Sequence record: LR745208.1
Length of the DNA: 64,000 nucleotides
Strand: one strand, 5' to 3'
Part shown: in pieces, positions 27,491 through 36,409 of the stretch
Numbering within the stretch: the stretch's first letter is position 1
Layout of the letters: every line of letters begins with the position of its first letter
Position numbers and translations under genes: made by a program
The notes under the pieces: model-generated
Database searches by the model: none
Told to the model about the DNA's origin: nothing
Seen by the model: only the letters and a program-made list of their open reading frames with translations

Positions 27491-29038
27491 ATGACCAACA
27501 CCAACCTGACACCCCCCTCCGCCGCCCCAACCAAATACACCCTTCACCACGGGGACTGCTTGGATGTCCTCAAGTCCCTACCAGCCAATTCCGTGGACGC
27601 CATCGTTACGGATCCCCCGGCAGGGATCAACTTCATGGGCAAGGATTGGGATAAGGACAAGGGTGGGCGGGACAAGTGGGTTGCTTGGATGACCGAGATA
27701 TCTCGTGAATGCATCCGCGTCATCAAGCCCGGTGGCCATGCCCTCGTGTGGGCAATTGGTCGCACATCTCATTGGACCGGCTGGGCCTGGGAGGATGCTG
27801 GCTGGGAAGTACGCGAAAAAATTACGCATTTGAATGGGCAGGGATTTCCGAAATCGTTGGATGTCAGCAAGGCGTTGGACAAACAGGCCGGAGCCGAGAG
27901 GGAAGTGGTTGGGTCGAAGGTGGGGCAACCAGGATACTCTGTGGCTCCTGGAAAAGGGCGCAACACCCTCAACTCGGCGAACGATGGCAGCCTCAACAAT
28001 TCTGACGCCGAATGTCAGATCACAGCCCCCTCCACCGACGCCGCTAAGAAGTGGGACGGTTGGGGGACGGCACTGAAACCTTCTAGTGAAGACTGGTGGA
28101 TGTTCCGTAAGCCCCTTGAAGGCACCGTAGCAGCCAATGTATTGGCCCATGGAACCGGGGCGCTCAATATCGATGGGTGTAGAATTGGATGTGAGTCTCG
28201 CCCTATCAACAACTACTCAAGTGAGGGGGCTCAAGGCTGTATGTCCCATGGTGAGGGTAAGGGTCACTCAGGTAAGGAGTACACAACCACGACAGTGTCC
28301 CAGGGCAGGTGGCCCGCAAACGCCGTCCTCAGCCACAACGAGGATTGCGTCGAAGTAGGCACCAGGAAGGTCAAGACCGGTACTGCCACCTTCAAGAATA
28401 CAGATGCCGGGACCGTGCTGGACTCCTACAGTGGGGGGCTGAAACGCCAGGACCACGGTGAGTATGGCCACGCAGACCCCGATGGCACCGAAACCGTACC
28501 CGCCTGGGATTGCACCCCCGATTGCCCCGTACGGATGTTGGACGAACAGAGCCTTGCTGGAGGCATGCACAGTGCTGGAGCCGCCCGAGACAAAACAGTA
28601 ACCTCAACCTATGAAGCATCCTCCTATGACCTGTCTGGACCCAGACCCATGGGGAGGCTAGGGGACACAGGAGGAGCCAGTAGATTCTTCTACTGCGCCA
28701 AAGCCTCCAAAGGTGACCGGGGCGAGGGTAACAATCACCCCACCGTAAAATCACAATCTCTTATGGTTTGGCTTTGCAGGCTAATCTGCCCACCCGGTGG
28801 GACCATCCTGGATCCCTTCCTGGGCAGTGGTACCACCGGTATCGCCGCCCTACTTGAGGGGTTCCGGTTCATTGGCATCGAGAAGGAGCTACCCTACTTC
28901 GAGATCGCTAAGGGACGAATCGAAAACTACAACCAACCAAAGGCTGCCCCCAAGGCGGCAACTAAGGTGGAGGGGGCAACTGAGGGTAAGAACCCCACCA
29001 CACCCGATACAGGCTCCATCCTGGACATGTTCGGGTGA
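27491..29038 (+). CDS. DNA N6-adenine/N4-cytosine methyltransferase (beta class)
   Basis: VTDPP, HPTVKS, LDPFLGSGTT, IGIEKE. Confidence 0.92.
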   Translation: MTNTNLTPPSAAPTKYTLHHGDCLDVLKSLPANSVDAIVTDPPAGINFMGKDWDKDKGGRDKWVAWMTEISRECIRVIKPGGHALVWAIGRTSHWTGWAWEDAGWEVREKITHLNGQGFPKSLDVSKALDKQAGAEREVVGSKVGQPGYSVAPGKGRNTLNSANDGSLNNSDAECQITAPSTDAAKKWDGWGTALKPSSEDWWMFRKPLEGTVAANVLAHGTGALNIDGCRIGCESRPINNYSSEGAQGCMSHGEGKGHSGKEYTTTTVSQGRWPANAVLSHNEDCVEVGTRKVKTGTATFKNTDAGTVLDSYSGGLKRQDHGEYGHADPDGTETVPAWDCTPDCPVRMLDEQSLAGGMHSAGAARDKTVTSTYEASSYDLSGPRPMGRLGDTGGASRFFYCAKASKGDRGEGNNHPTVKSQSLMVWLCRLICPPGGTILDPFLGSGTTGIAALLEGFRFIGIEKELPYFEIAKGRIENYNQPKAAPKAATKVEGATEGKNPTTPDTGSILDMFG

Positions 29039-29048
29039 TGCAACCCCA

Positions 29049-29535
29049 ATGAACCTCTTCATCCTTCACGAAAACCCCACCCTCGCATCCCACATGATGT
29101 GTGACCAGCATGTCGTCAAAATGCCAACCGAAACCGCTCAAATGCTATCCACGGTCGCACGGGCACATGGATTCGACGTGGGATACAAGACCACCCACCC
29201 CAACCACCCCTGCACCCGCTGGATAGGAGAGTCCCTGGAAAACTTCGCCTAGGCATCCCAACACGGTATGGCCCTGTGCCACGAATTTAACTTCAGGTAC
29301 CTGCACCCACACGGCGCCCAAACGGTCATCCAAGAGATCCTTAGCAAGGTGGGGCATCTACTCCAACTACCCAATCAACCAACCAAGAACACCCTTCCCC
29401 CAAGTGATGCCCCCACAGTATAGGGGCAACGACCCAGTTACCGCCTATCGCCGATTCTACACCGAAGACAAAGTACGGTTCGCCTCATGGAGGAAAACAA
29501 GGCAACCCCCAGAATGGTGGCCCAGAAGGGTGTAA
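29049..29535 (+). pseudogene. pyrimidine-dimer DNA glycosylase-like gene, TAG at 29250 plus frameshift near 29390
   Basis: MNLFIL..DQHVVKM..AQMLST..THPNHPC; downstream frame VTAYRRFY..PPEWW. Confidence 0.8.
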
Positions 29536-29558
29536 CTACCCTCAACAGGAGCCAATTG

Positions 29559-29969
29559 ATGAAGTTTATGTACCTGCGCCTCAATAAGTCCACCAACCCA
29601 CGAGTGACCGTCGCCTACATGACGGTATCTGAAGCCAATGGCCCACAGGCCATCCAGTTCGGCTACGCCATCCGTGCTCCTAACGACCCCTGGAACCGAA
29701 ACCGCGCTCGCCTGATCGCCGAAGGACGCATGTTCGCCTCCATGGTACGGGCTCCCAAGGAGCCCACCACCAAGGCCCCCACACAGGCCAGCGGATCCAT
29801 CCCCCTGGACACCACCCCAGGTAACCCCCCAGACCAGCAAATCCTCGACGCCCTCACCGCCCTGCCCGATACCTTCATGTGCGCCGCCACCGTCCGCAAG
29901 TACGCCAAGATGGTCAGGGAAGCCAGGACAATTCGGGTGGTGGCTCAGAGCACCGTCTCGGCACCCTAA
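29559..29969 (+). CDS. phage hypothetical protein
   Basis: TVAY..P.D.WNRNRARLIAEGR. Confidence 0.7.
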   Translation: MKFMYLRLNKSTNPRVTVAYMTVSEANGPQAIQFGYAIRAPNDPWNRNRARLIAEGRMFASMVRAPKEPTTKAPTQASGSIPLDTTPGNPPDQQILDALTALPDTFMCAATVRKYAKMVREARTIRVVAQSTVSAP

Positions 29970-29978
29970 AGGGACGAC

Positions 29979-30302
29979 CAAGGGCCGGAGAGCCTAGGTC
30001 CCCCCATTCCAAATCGGGACCCAAAAATTTCTGGGTAGAAAAATCGGCCGAAAACGTATTGCTGTGGCAATCGGCAGAATTTAAATAGGAATGGGCCCTC
30101 ATGGACAATGAACCCTCACAGGACCAGCTACAAGCCCAGAAGGAAGCCCGCTGGCAAGAACTCCAAGAGTTCGGGACCCTCCACGACTGGGAGGGTGGAC
30201 AGAACATCCTCCAATGCCTCCTTCAGGAAAAAGGGACCTCTAGTGGGAGAGGACAGGGGGGATGTGACACAGGAACCAGACAAGGGCCGGAGAGCCTAGG
30301 TC
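29979..30302 (+). repeat. 22 bp direct repeat CAAGGGCCGGAGAGCCTAGGTC (29979, 30281)
   Basis: exact duplicate; related copy at 42369. Confidence 0.8.
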
Positions 30303-30550
30303 GCCCTTTGGGGTTCCTAATCAAAAGTCCAAAATTTTCAGGCCAAGAAATTGAGCCAACTCGTCCTGGCCTTGGCTTTCGGGGAGTTTAATAGGTTCCA
30401 CTATAGGAATCAGGGGCTAATACCTGGATATCAAAGGGGTTTTCCAAATTGGTGTCCCTATTCCAATGTCGGTTGAATGTAGGTCCTGGGCCTACATGGG
30501 ACCCACATGTAAGTCTATTAACCGGTTCTACAGACCCGGGGGACGGGCGA

Positions 30551-30934
30551 TGTCAAGTGAATCAGTGCTGTCAAGTGAAATCGTACGTCGATTTTTCTGT
30601 TGACATCATCCCATACGATTGCCCTTGACATGCCCCGCACCCCATGCCCGCAAGGGGCCGGACCCCCCATGGTGCCCCTACCCCTGTCAAGCCAATTCGT
30701 CTGTCAAGAGAAATCGACTGGTACGAATTTGGTGCTTGACATGCCACCAACTATTAGGAGTTGCCGAATGGTTGGTTCCCGGACCCGGCCGTTGGCCCAC
30801 AGGGTCAGGTGCCTGTCAAGAGAAATCGCCCACAGAAGGGGCATCCCCTGGGGGAACCTTGTCAAGGGAAATCACCTAGCTCCTCCCGGATCAACGAAGG
30901 CTTGGATCTTGGGACTTGTTGATTTGGCTTGACA
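30551..30934. repeat. array of 10 CGATTTNNCTTGACA-like sites, both orientations
   Basis: copies at 30551, 30569, 30589, 30616, 30685, 30702, 30724, 30814, 30860, 30920. Confidence 0.85.
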
Positions 30935-31283
30935 GGAAGTCAATGGCCCCGAGGAGCCACAGGAGGCGTCCTACCTCTTTGGATGCCTCACTGCGTTCCC
31001 CGTTGGGGTCTTTAGGGAACTTTATAGTGATGTCAGCAACAGTGAAGCCAATGCCATTGCCGATACCATTCTGGATTTCCATGGCATGTTCAGCATAGTC
31101 GATCCCGTACTGTTCACTGAGGTCCAGGATTGCAGCCTCCCTGGCATCCCAAGCCCGTTTGATATGCTCCATCAGGTTGATGGGTGCGCCGCCAGCGGTC
31201 TTGAGCAAGGGCAACAGATGGGGCCGGAGAGCCGGGTTCTCTTGGGCTAGGCGGATCAACTTGGAGCGAAGGGTAGGGGCCAT
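30891..31283 (-). CDS. protein with TLRSKLIRLA leader
   Basis: shared N-terminal motif. Confidence 0.75.
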   Translation of the reverse strand: MAPTLRSKLIRLAQENPALRPHLLPLLKTAGGAPINLMEHIKRAWDAREAAILDLSEQYGIDYAEHAMEIQNGIGNGIGFTVADITIKFPKDPNGERSEASKEVGRLLWLLGAIDFLSSQINKSQDPSLR

Positions 31284-31429
31284 ACACCCGGTCAGGGCAT
31301 AGGCCAAGTAGGGAGCCCCGAAATTGGAACAGGCAGGTCCCCTCCCCGGGTTCCTGCCTGTTTGGCTGGGGAAGATGAGAATCGGCTCCTTGGTGGTGCC
31401 CATGGTCACATAATTACCGGTACTTGTTT

Positions 31430-31639
31430 TCATTTGGGCTCCTGGACTCCGAGCCGGGCGTTCATGAATGCCTTGATTTCTAGCCACGCCTCCGCGCTGC
31501 CCGGCTCCCCTTTTATGGTTTTGATGAGGTCCACCGATATCACCATGTTTGGGTCATTTGCGAGCATCATCACGAGCTTGCCAACAGAGGTTTCGGTCAG
31601 GAGCTTGCTGATTTTGTTGACTGCGGGGGGTTTCTTCAT
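31430..31639 (-). CDS. hypothetical protein
   Basis: ATG after cassette. Confidence 0.7.
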   Translation of the reverse strand: MKKPPAVNKISKLLTETSVGKLVMMLANDPNMVISVDLIKTIKGEPGSAEAWLEIKAFMNARLGVQEPK

Positions 31640-31643
31640 GATG

Positions 31644-31690
31644 TCCTCAACTACCTATCGGCACGGGAGGAGGACTTTTTAGTGAAATCG
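31644..31690 (-). promoter_or_regulatory. sigma28-type promoter cassette
   Basis: motif copy. Confidence 0.8.
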
Positions 31691-31706
31691 GTGCCCCCAC
31701 CCTAGG

Positions 31707-31943
31707 CTAGTTGCTGGACTGGGCCGACAGGGCATTGATCTGGCGGGCGGTATCCACCATGCCCTGGAGGAGATCCTGGAGTTCGAGGAGCTTGTGGACA
31801 TCCTCCATGGGTAGCCGGTTGATTATGGCCAGGGCATCCTTCTCGCTCCGTACGGGCCCCATATAGAACAGCAACTCCCTGAGGTGGGGGTGCTTGGGGG
31901 CATGGCGGGCCATGAAGGCATCTGCGATCTTGTCGAGGGTCAT
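31707..31943 (-). CDS. hypothetical protein
   Basis: ORF with RBS. Confidence 0.7.
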   Translation of the reverse strand: MTLDKIADAFMARHAPKHPHLRELLFYMGPVRSEKDALAIINRLPMEDVHKLLELQDLLQGMVDTARQINALSAQSSN

Positions 31944-31988
31944 GGGAGGGACTCCTGAGGGATTGTTGGGTCAGAGGGTCAGATAGAT

Positions 31989-32204
31989 CTACGACAGGGC
32001 GTCCATGATGCCGGTCCGGATGGCCTGGATGGTTTCCTGTGACCACCGGTAGGAGCGGGCATCCGCCATGAGGTTGCCGACGATACCTTGGACATTGGCC
32101 CGGGTGACGGGGCCTACGGTGAACAGGAAATTCTCAACCGCCTTGCGGGACACGCCCGGCTGGCTGGCGAGGGATTCGATTCGTTCGTTGGTCAGGGTGG
32201 TCAT
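31989..32204 (-). CDS. phage hypothetical protein
   Basis: AVENFL..NL.ADARSYRW. Confidence 0.75.
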   Translation of the reverse strand: MTTLTNERIESLASQPGVSRKAVENFLFTVGPVTRANVQGIVGNLMADARSYRWSQETIQAIRTGIMDALS

Positions 32205-32212
32205 GGGGTTGT

Positions 32213-32259
32213 TCCTCAACTACCTATCGGTACGGGGATGGGACTTTTTAGCGAAATCG
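32213..32259 (-). promoter_or_regulatory. sigma28-type promoter cassette
   Basis: motif copy. Confidence 0.8.
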
Positions 32260-32268
32260 TGCCGGGTC

Positions 32269-32586
32269 CTACTCATCATCCTCTTCCGAGTCATCGTCTT
32301 CCTCCGAGTCATCCTCGTCCGTGTAGGGGACATCGGGGAAGTAGAGGATCTGTCCCAAACCCATGCTGTCGGTCTGGGCACTACGCAGGCCCTCGGCCAG
32401 ATCCATCAGGTGACGGCTGTTGTCCTCCGCCCCCCAGACGAGGGCAGCCAGGAACTCTCCCAGGGTGTTGTCCATGCCCAGTTCGACCCCCAGGCAGGTC
32501 TTCCCGTACATGCCCCGTCCACTGTAGGACCGGCTGGTGAAGCCCTCAGAGTCATCGATGATCTGCTGTAGGATGTGCTTGGTCAT
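32269..32586 (-). CDS. phage hypothetical protein, acidic tail
   Basis: RSYSGRGMYG..C.G; DSMGLG.I.YFP. Confidence 0.8.
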   Translation of the reverse strand: MTKHILQQIIDDSEGFTSRSYSGRGMYGKTCLGVELGMDNTLGEFLAALVWGAEDNSRHLMDLAEGLRSAQTDSMGLGQILYFPDVPYTDEDDSEEDDDSEEDDE

Positions 32587-32595
32587 GACTGCTTC

Positions 32596-32640
32596 CTTCC
32601 TTCCCTATCGGCACGAGAGGGGTAGTTTTTAGCGAAATCG
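32596..32640 (-). promoter_or_regulatory. sigma28-type promoter cassette
   Basis: motif copy. Confidence 0.8.
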
Positions 32641-33077
32641 CAACTCTGAAATAGGCCAGTCATTTCAAGCACCGTCATCATATTGGGTCCAGTTGGGGTC
32701 CTGGGTACCTCATCAAAACTAAGAGCCCAATGATTTCAATATCCGGCACGACCGTGCTGGAGGAGACAGAATCGTTTTTATGCGAAGTCGTGATTCCAAT
32801 ATTTCCCTGTTCCAATAATCCTCAATAACTCCCACTGACATAGGTCAAATCCCAATAAGGTGACTCCGGAAAGTCACCCGAGCGCGTCAAAACCAAATGA
32901 GCGATTTGGAAACGGGCTGTTCAGGGTACACGGATGTTCAGGTTGAGCGGTTCATGACGCGGGGCGTCGAACGGTGCAGGTCGGGTGCAAGATCCGCGGT
33001 CGGGGAGGCTTGGTGCACGCAACGGGCACTACGACTTCAACTTCTAGCCTCGAACAAGGGCCCGATCTGGCCCTTGT

Positions 33078-33123
33078 CGATTCCACTAAAAATCCCCATT
33101 CTCGTGCCGATAGGGTATTGAAG
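33078..33123 (+). promoter_or_regulatory. sigma28-type promoter cassette
   Basis: motif copy; heads 33133. Confidence 0.8.
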
Positions 33124-33132
33124 CAGGAGACC

Positions 33133-33339
33133 ATGGAGAAGAACACGAACCGAGATCACGTCACTGGCCAGTATGACGTGGATGATGATGCCATGTGCAC
33201 CTGTGGCCACAAGCGTGGTGAACACACCTGTGGCAAGCGCGGTACGGGGGCCTTTGAGTGCGTGGTCGAGGGGCCCGATGGCATCCTTGGAAGCGCCGGA
33301 TGCGAGTGCATGAAGTTCAATAGGGTCAGCTACCGATAG
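33133..33339 (+). CDS. small Cys/His-rich protein
   Basis: CTCGH..H..C..CEC. Confidence 0.7.
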   Translation: MEKNTNRDHVTGQYDVDDDAMCTCGHKRGEHTCGKRGTGAFECVVEGPDGILGSAGCECMKFNRVSYR

Positions 33340-33617
33340 GCTTCACCGCTACTGGCCAGTGACGTGATCTCGCAGGAGAGGCATGCTTCCAGGCCAGACC
33401 CAATGTTGTCCTGTCGGACGGCCTTCACAGCATCCAGGTGTTGGCCCGACTGCCGCAGCAACACTGCATACAGGACACTCGGGGGCTCTGGTTAGAACCC
33501 GAGGGTGACCCTCGCCTTGAGGGCCCGCATGCCCTGGCGGGCCAGTGACAACTCACTAAAGTACACCTTGCTGGTGCTGTGCATGGGAAAGTAGACCAAC
33601 TTTTTAGTGAATTCGAC

Positions 33618-33926
33618 CTACCACCAGCTCGGGGAGGCTCCTACCCAGTTCTTTTCCACCTCAGCAAGGTCCCGCTGGGCATTCCGGATGGCCATCTGGA
33701 CGGTCTTCCCGTACCACGTACGGCCTCGGCGTCCCATGGGCCCCAGGTGCAGGGCCCATACAAGCGCCGAATCCCCCTGCTCCAGGTTGGGGCAGTCCTT
33801 GTGGACGTTCGCAGGGAGGTTTTCCGGTACTACCAGACACCGAATCAGCTGTGTCCCTGGCGTTGTGCCCATGGTGAGCTTGGCCACACGGCGTTCCAGG
33901 TTCAGCAAGGCTTCTTGGATCTTCAT
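33618..33926 (-). CDS. hypothetical protein
   Basis: coupled ORF. Confidence 0.6.
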   Translation of the reverse strand: MKIQEALLNLERRVAKLTMGTTPGTQLIRCLVVPENLPANVHKDCPNLEQGDSALVWALHLGPMGRRGRTWYGKTVQMAIRNAQRDLAEVEKNWVGASPSWW

Positions 33927-33928
33927 GG

Positions 33929-34195
33929 CTAGTCAATCTCCGTTCCATACTCCGCCCAGACAGCCGGTCCGACAATCCTTTGCCCTGCCAGAACACTCGC
34001 CGTGGGGTTGAAAGGCAGACCCTTCAGGACCCCCTCCTCGTTGACCACCAGGACATACCGTCGCTCACCGGGCAGCGGTCGCACAATCTCAATCCACCCA
34101 CCAACAGCCTCATGCAGCTGGTCCAGGGACAGCTCTGGCCCGTTCAGGCCATGAAGTGCCGTGACTGATCCGTCTGTACCGATGATTTTTGCCAT
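33929..34195 (-). CDS. DUF3846-like protein
   Basis: LDQLHEAVGGWIE..VNEEG..LPFN.TAS..IVG. Confidence 0.75.
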   Translation of the reverse strand: MAKIIGTDGSVTALHGLNGPELSLDQLHEAVGGWIEIVRPLPGERRYVLVVNEEGVLKGLPFNPTASVLAGQRIVGPAVWAEYGTEID

Positions 34196-34197
34196 GG

Positions 34198-34443
34198 CTA
34201 CTTTCCCAGTCCGAATTCGTCGATGGTGATGATCAGGGTCTGCCGCTGAACCTCAGCGACCGCCTCATTGAACTTCCATGCCTTGTAGGCATCGCTGACT
34301 GCCTTGTTGAAGTTACCGTCCGTACCCCCAGCCACATCACGGTCGAGTAGCTCCTTCCAGTACCTCTTGGCCTCCTCAACCTCTTTGAGGGCCATCCGGT
34401 AGGCAACTGCCGCAACCGTAACATGCATGTTCATCTTGTTCAC
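34198..34443 (-). CDS. hypothetical protein
   Basis: coupled ORF. Confidence 0.65.
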   Translation of the reverse strand: MNKMNMHVTVAAVAYRMALKEVEEAKRYWKELLDRDVAGGTDGNFNKAVSDAYKAWKFNEAVAEVQRQTLIITIDEFGLGK

Positions 34444-34643
34444 GGCCCAGTCTCCTCCAAAAGTTCCAGCTCGTCCTCCGACCAGGGGGCATCATCCTCA
34501 AACTCGTCATCCCACCGGATGAAGAACTCCAGGTGGACATCATCCACAGCGATGATGGTTCCCCTGGCCGCTGTATCGTCCTCTCCAAGACACAGCCCGG
34601 GCTTGACTCGAACTCGATCATGAAGCCTCATTGGTTTCCTCAA
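34440..34643 (-). CDS. SH3-like small protein
   Basis: DRVRV..GTI. Confidence 0.6.
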   Translation of the reverse strand: MRKPMRLHDRVRVKPGLCLGEDDTAARGTIIAVDDVHLEFFIRWDDEFEDDAPWSEDELELLEETGP

Positions 34644-34888
34644 TACTTCCCCGAGACAATCCCGTTGGCCAGCTCGATGGCATCCCTACGAAAGAAGTAT
34701 GTGCCCACGATGCCCCCGTTCAGGTACACCGTGAACCGAAGCCGGGGCGTGGGGTTGAAAACGTTGCCATTCTTGGGGTAGAGGTGCCCAATGACCACAC
34801 GCTCAATCGTGTACCCCGCCGCCTTGGCCCCCGCCGAAAGCCCCACCACGCTGAATGACGTGTGCCCGAGTTCGTTGATGGGATTCAT
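34640..34888 (-). CDS. hypothetical protein
   Basis: ATG after cassette. Confidence 0.7.
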   Translation of the reverse strand: MNPINELGHTSFSVVGLSAGAKAAGYTIERVVIGHLYPKNGNVFNPTPRLRFTVYLNGGIVGTYFFRRDAIELANGIVSGKY

Positions 34889-34893
34889 AGGTG

Positions 34894-34939
34894 CCTCAAT
34901 ACCCTATCGGCACGAGAAGGAGGATCTTTAGTGAAATCG
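34894..34939 (-). promoter_or_regulatory. sigma28-type promoter cassette
   Basis: motif copy. Confidence 0.8.
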
Positions 34940-35057
34940 ACCTGCCTCAATGCCCACCGGGGCCAAAACCTAACCCAAAGGGCACCATCAGCAGCCTCAA
35001 GTTGACAAATAGTTCAATGGTTTCGTCAAGACCTATGGATTGGTCAGACTCCCAGAG

Positions 35058-35165
35058 CTATGGGTACGGGAGGCTCTGCAGGGAGTCCAGCAACTTCTCG
35101 GTCTGGGCCCGACGCACCTGCAACTGGGCCACAATTGCCTTGACGAGCTGGTTGGGATCCCGCAT
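35058..35165 (-). pseudogene. fragment paralogous to C-terminus of 37525..37923
   Basis: MRDPNQLVKAIVAQL vs MRDPNQLVKAVVAGL. Confidence 0.6.
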
Positions 35166-35298
35166 CGATCTCAGGACATCCGAATAGAGCCTAGCAGGAC
35201 ATCCCACCCCGCGCTGGCCTGAGAAGCCTCTTCGGGTTTTTCTAGGATGCCCTGCCAGGACCTACTACCCATCCCGAGCCATATGGTGTCCATCCCTG

Positions 35299-35345
35299 CC
35301 TTCAAATACCTATCGGTATGGGAGGGGGACTTTTTAGGGAAATCG
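35299..35345 (-). promoter_or_regulatory. sigma28-type promoter cassette
   Basis: motif copy. Confidence 0.8.
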
Positions 35346-35536
35346 ACATTGGAAGAGCTACCAACATCCTTTCCTCAGACCGAGCTCGCTCATCATGGTC
35401 ATCCTGAGGGGGTGGGTTCATGGTTGGGATCCTCGCTGGGGCTGTTCGGAATGTCAAGGGCGGAGTAGGCTCGAAATTGAAGTTGTAGTGCTCGTTGCGC
35501 TGACCCAGGGACGGAGCCCACACCCCTGGGTCTTGT

Positions 35537-35637
35537 CCACCGGACCCAAAACCACACCCAAATGACACCAATGAGACACATCGGCTTACGAAATCATTGG
35601 ACTTTTCAGAATTGGTCACTTTTGGGGGTCCAGGACA
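35537..35637. repeat. ~100 bp R2 element, full copy
   Basis: CCAAAACC left arm, TACGAAATCATT core, TTGGTCACTTTTGGGGGTC right arm. Confidence 0.8.
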
Positions 35638-36068
35638 GTCCCCACGGCGAGCGCCCCTGCAACCCGATCCCAGAAGGCCTCGGTATCCATGTCATCGAGG
35701 TGGATCCTGACCTTCGTGATGCCATAGTCCCGTTTGATGGTGTTTTCAGCGATCCTGCGGTACCCAGCATCCTTGCTCTTTAGGGCTGTGAAGACTTCGT
35801 TGGCTGCCTTCAGGGTGTCCTTGAACCCCCGTACCTCATGCTGGAACACCACCACGAGGTTGCGATCCAGGAGGGTACTCACCTCAGTCCTCCAATGGGC
35901 AACCCACTTGGTCTGGCCATTCTTCTCGGCCAGCTGAGCCTTGTAGAACTCCAACAGAGCCCCTCCCGTGTGTTCCTCCACCTTGTCCTTGAAGGTCTCT
36001 CGGCTGTAGGCCATGGCCCTAAGAATACGCGTAGCGACCCGTTTGGCTGTTGGTTTCAAATCCGGCAT
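35616..36068 (-). CDS. protein with KRVATRIL leader; ends in R2-encoded LDPQK
   Basis: 150 aa ORF. Confidence 0.75.
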   Translation of the reverse strand: MPDLKPTAKRVATRILRAMAYSRETFKDKVEEHTGGALLEFYKAQLAEKNGQTKWVAHWRTEVSTLLDRNLVVVFQHEVRGFKDTLKAANEVFTALKSKDAGYRRIAENTIKRDYGITKVRIHLDDMDTEAFWDRVAGALAVGTVLDPQK

Positions 36069-36273
36069 TTCCGTCTCTTTCCAAAGTCGCGGGTTGGTCC
36101 GACAGACCCTACCAGAACCTCAACCACACCCGTCCCCGCTGTAACCCGGTTCCAAATGTGTTTACAGGCCATGATGTCCAACAGGGCTTTAAAGGGCCCA
36201 ACCAGAGTACATGGTGTTGAGGTCCTGGTAGGACCAGTCAAGAAAAGTGCCCCAGGGGCCAAAGATTAGGAAC

Positions 36274-36408
36274 CAGTACAGTCCGGTGGGACTCGAACCC
36301 ACATCCACGGTTTACAAAGCCGCTGCTCTGCCTGCTGATCTACCTCAATGTAGGTTATCCTAGGTTCCTACACCCACTTCCACCAGCTGAGCTACTTGGA
36401 CTGTACTG
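36274..36408 (-). tRNA. tRNA-Thr(UGU)-like with 52 nt D-loop insertion
   Basis: TAGCTCAGCTGGT..AGAGC, arm GCGGC-TTTGTAA-ACCGT, T arm GTGGG-TTCGAGT-CCCAC. Confidence 0.65.
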
Positions 36409-36409
36409 A

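Noticed and set aside
33332-33340. ACCGATAGG as another promoter copy
   Set aside because: No TAAA at the correct spacing and no CGATTT.
33585-33615. Functional sigma28 promoter
   Set aside because: CGAATTCACTAAAAAG present on - strand but CCGATA is absent; counted only as a half site.
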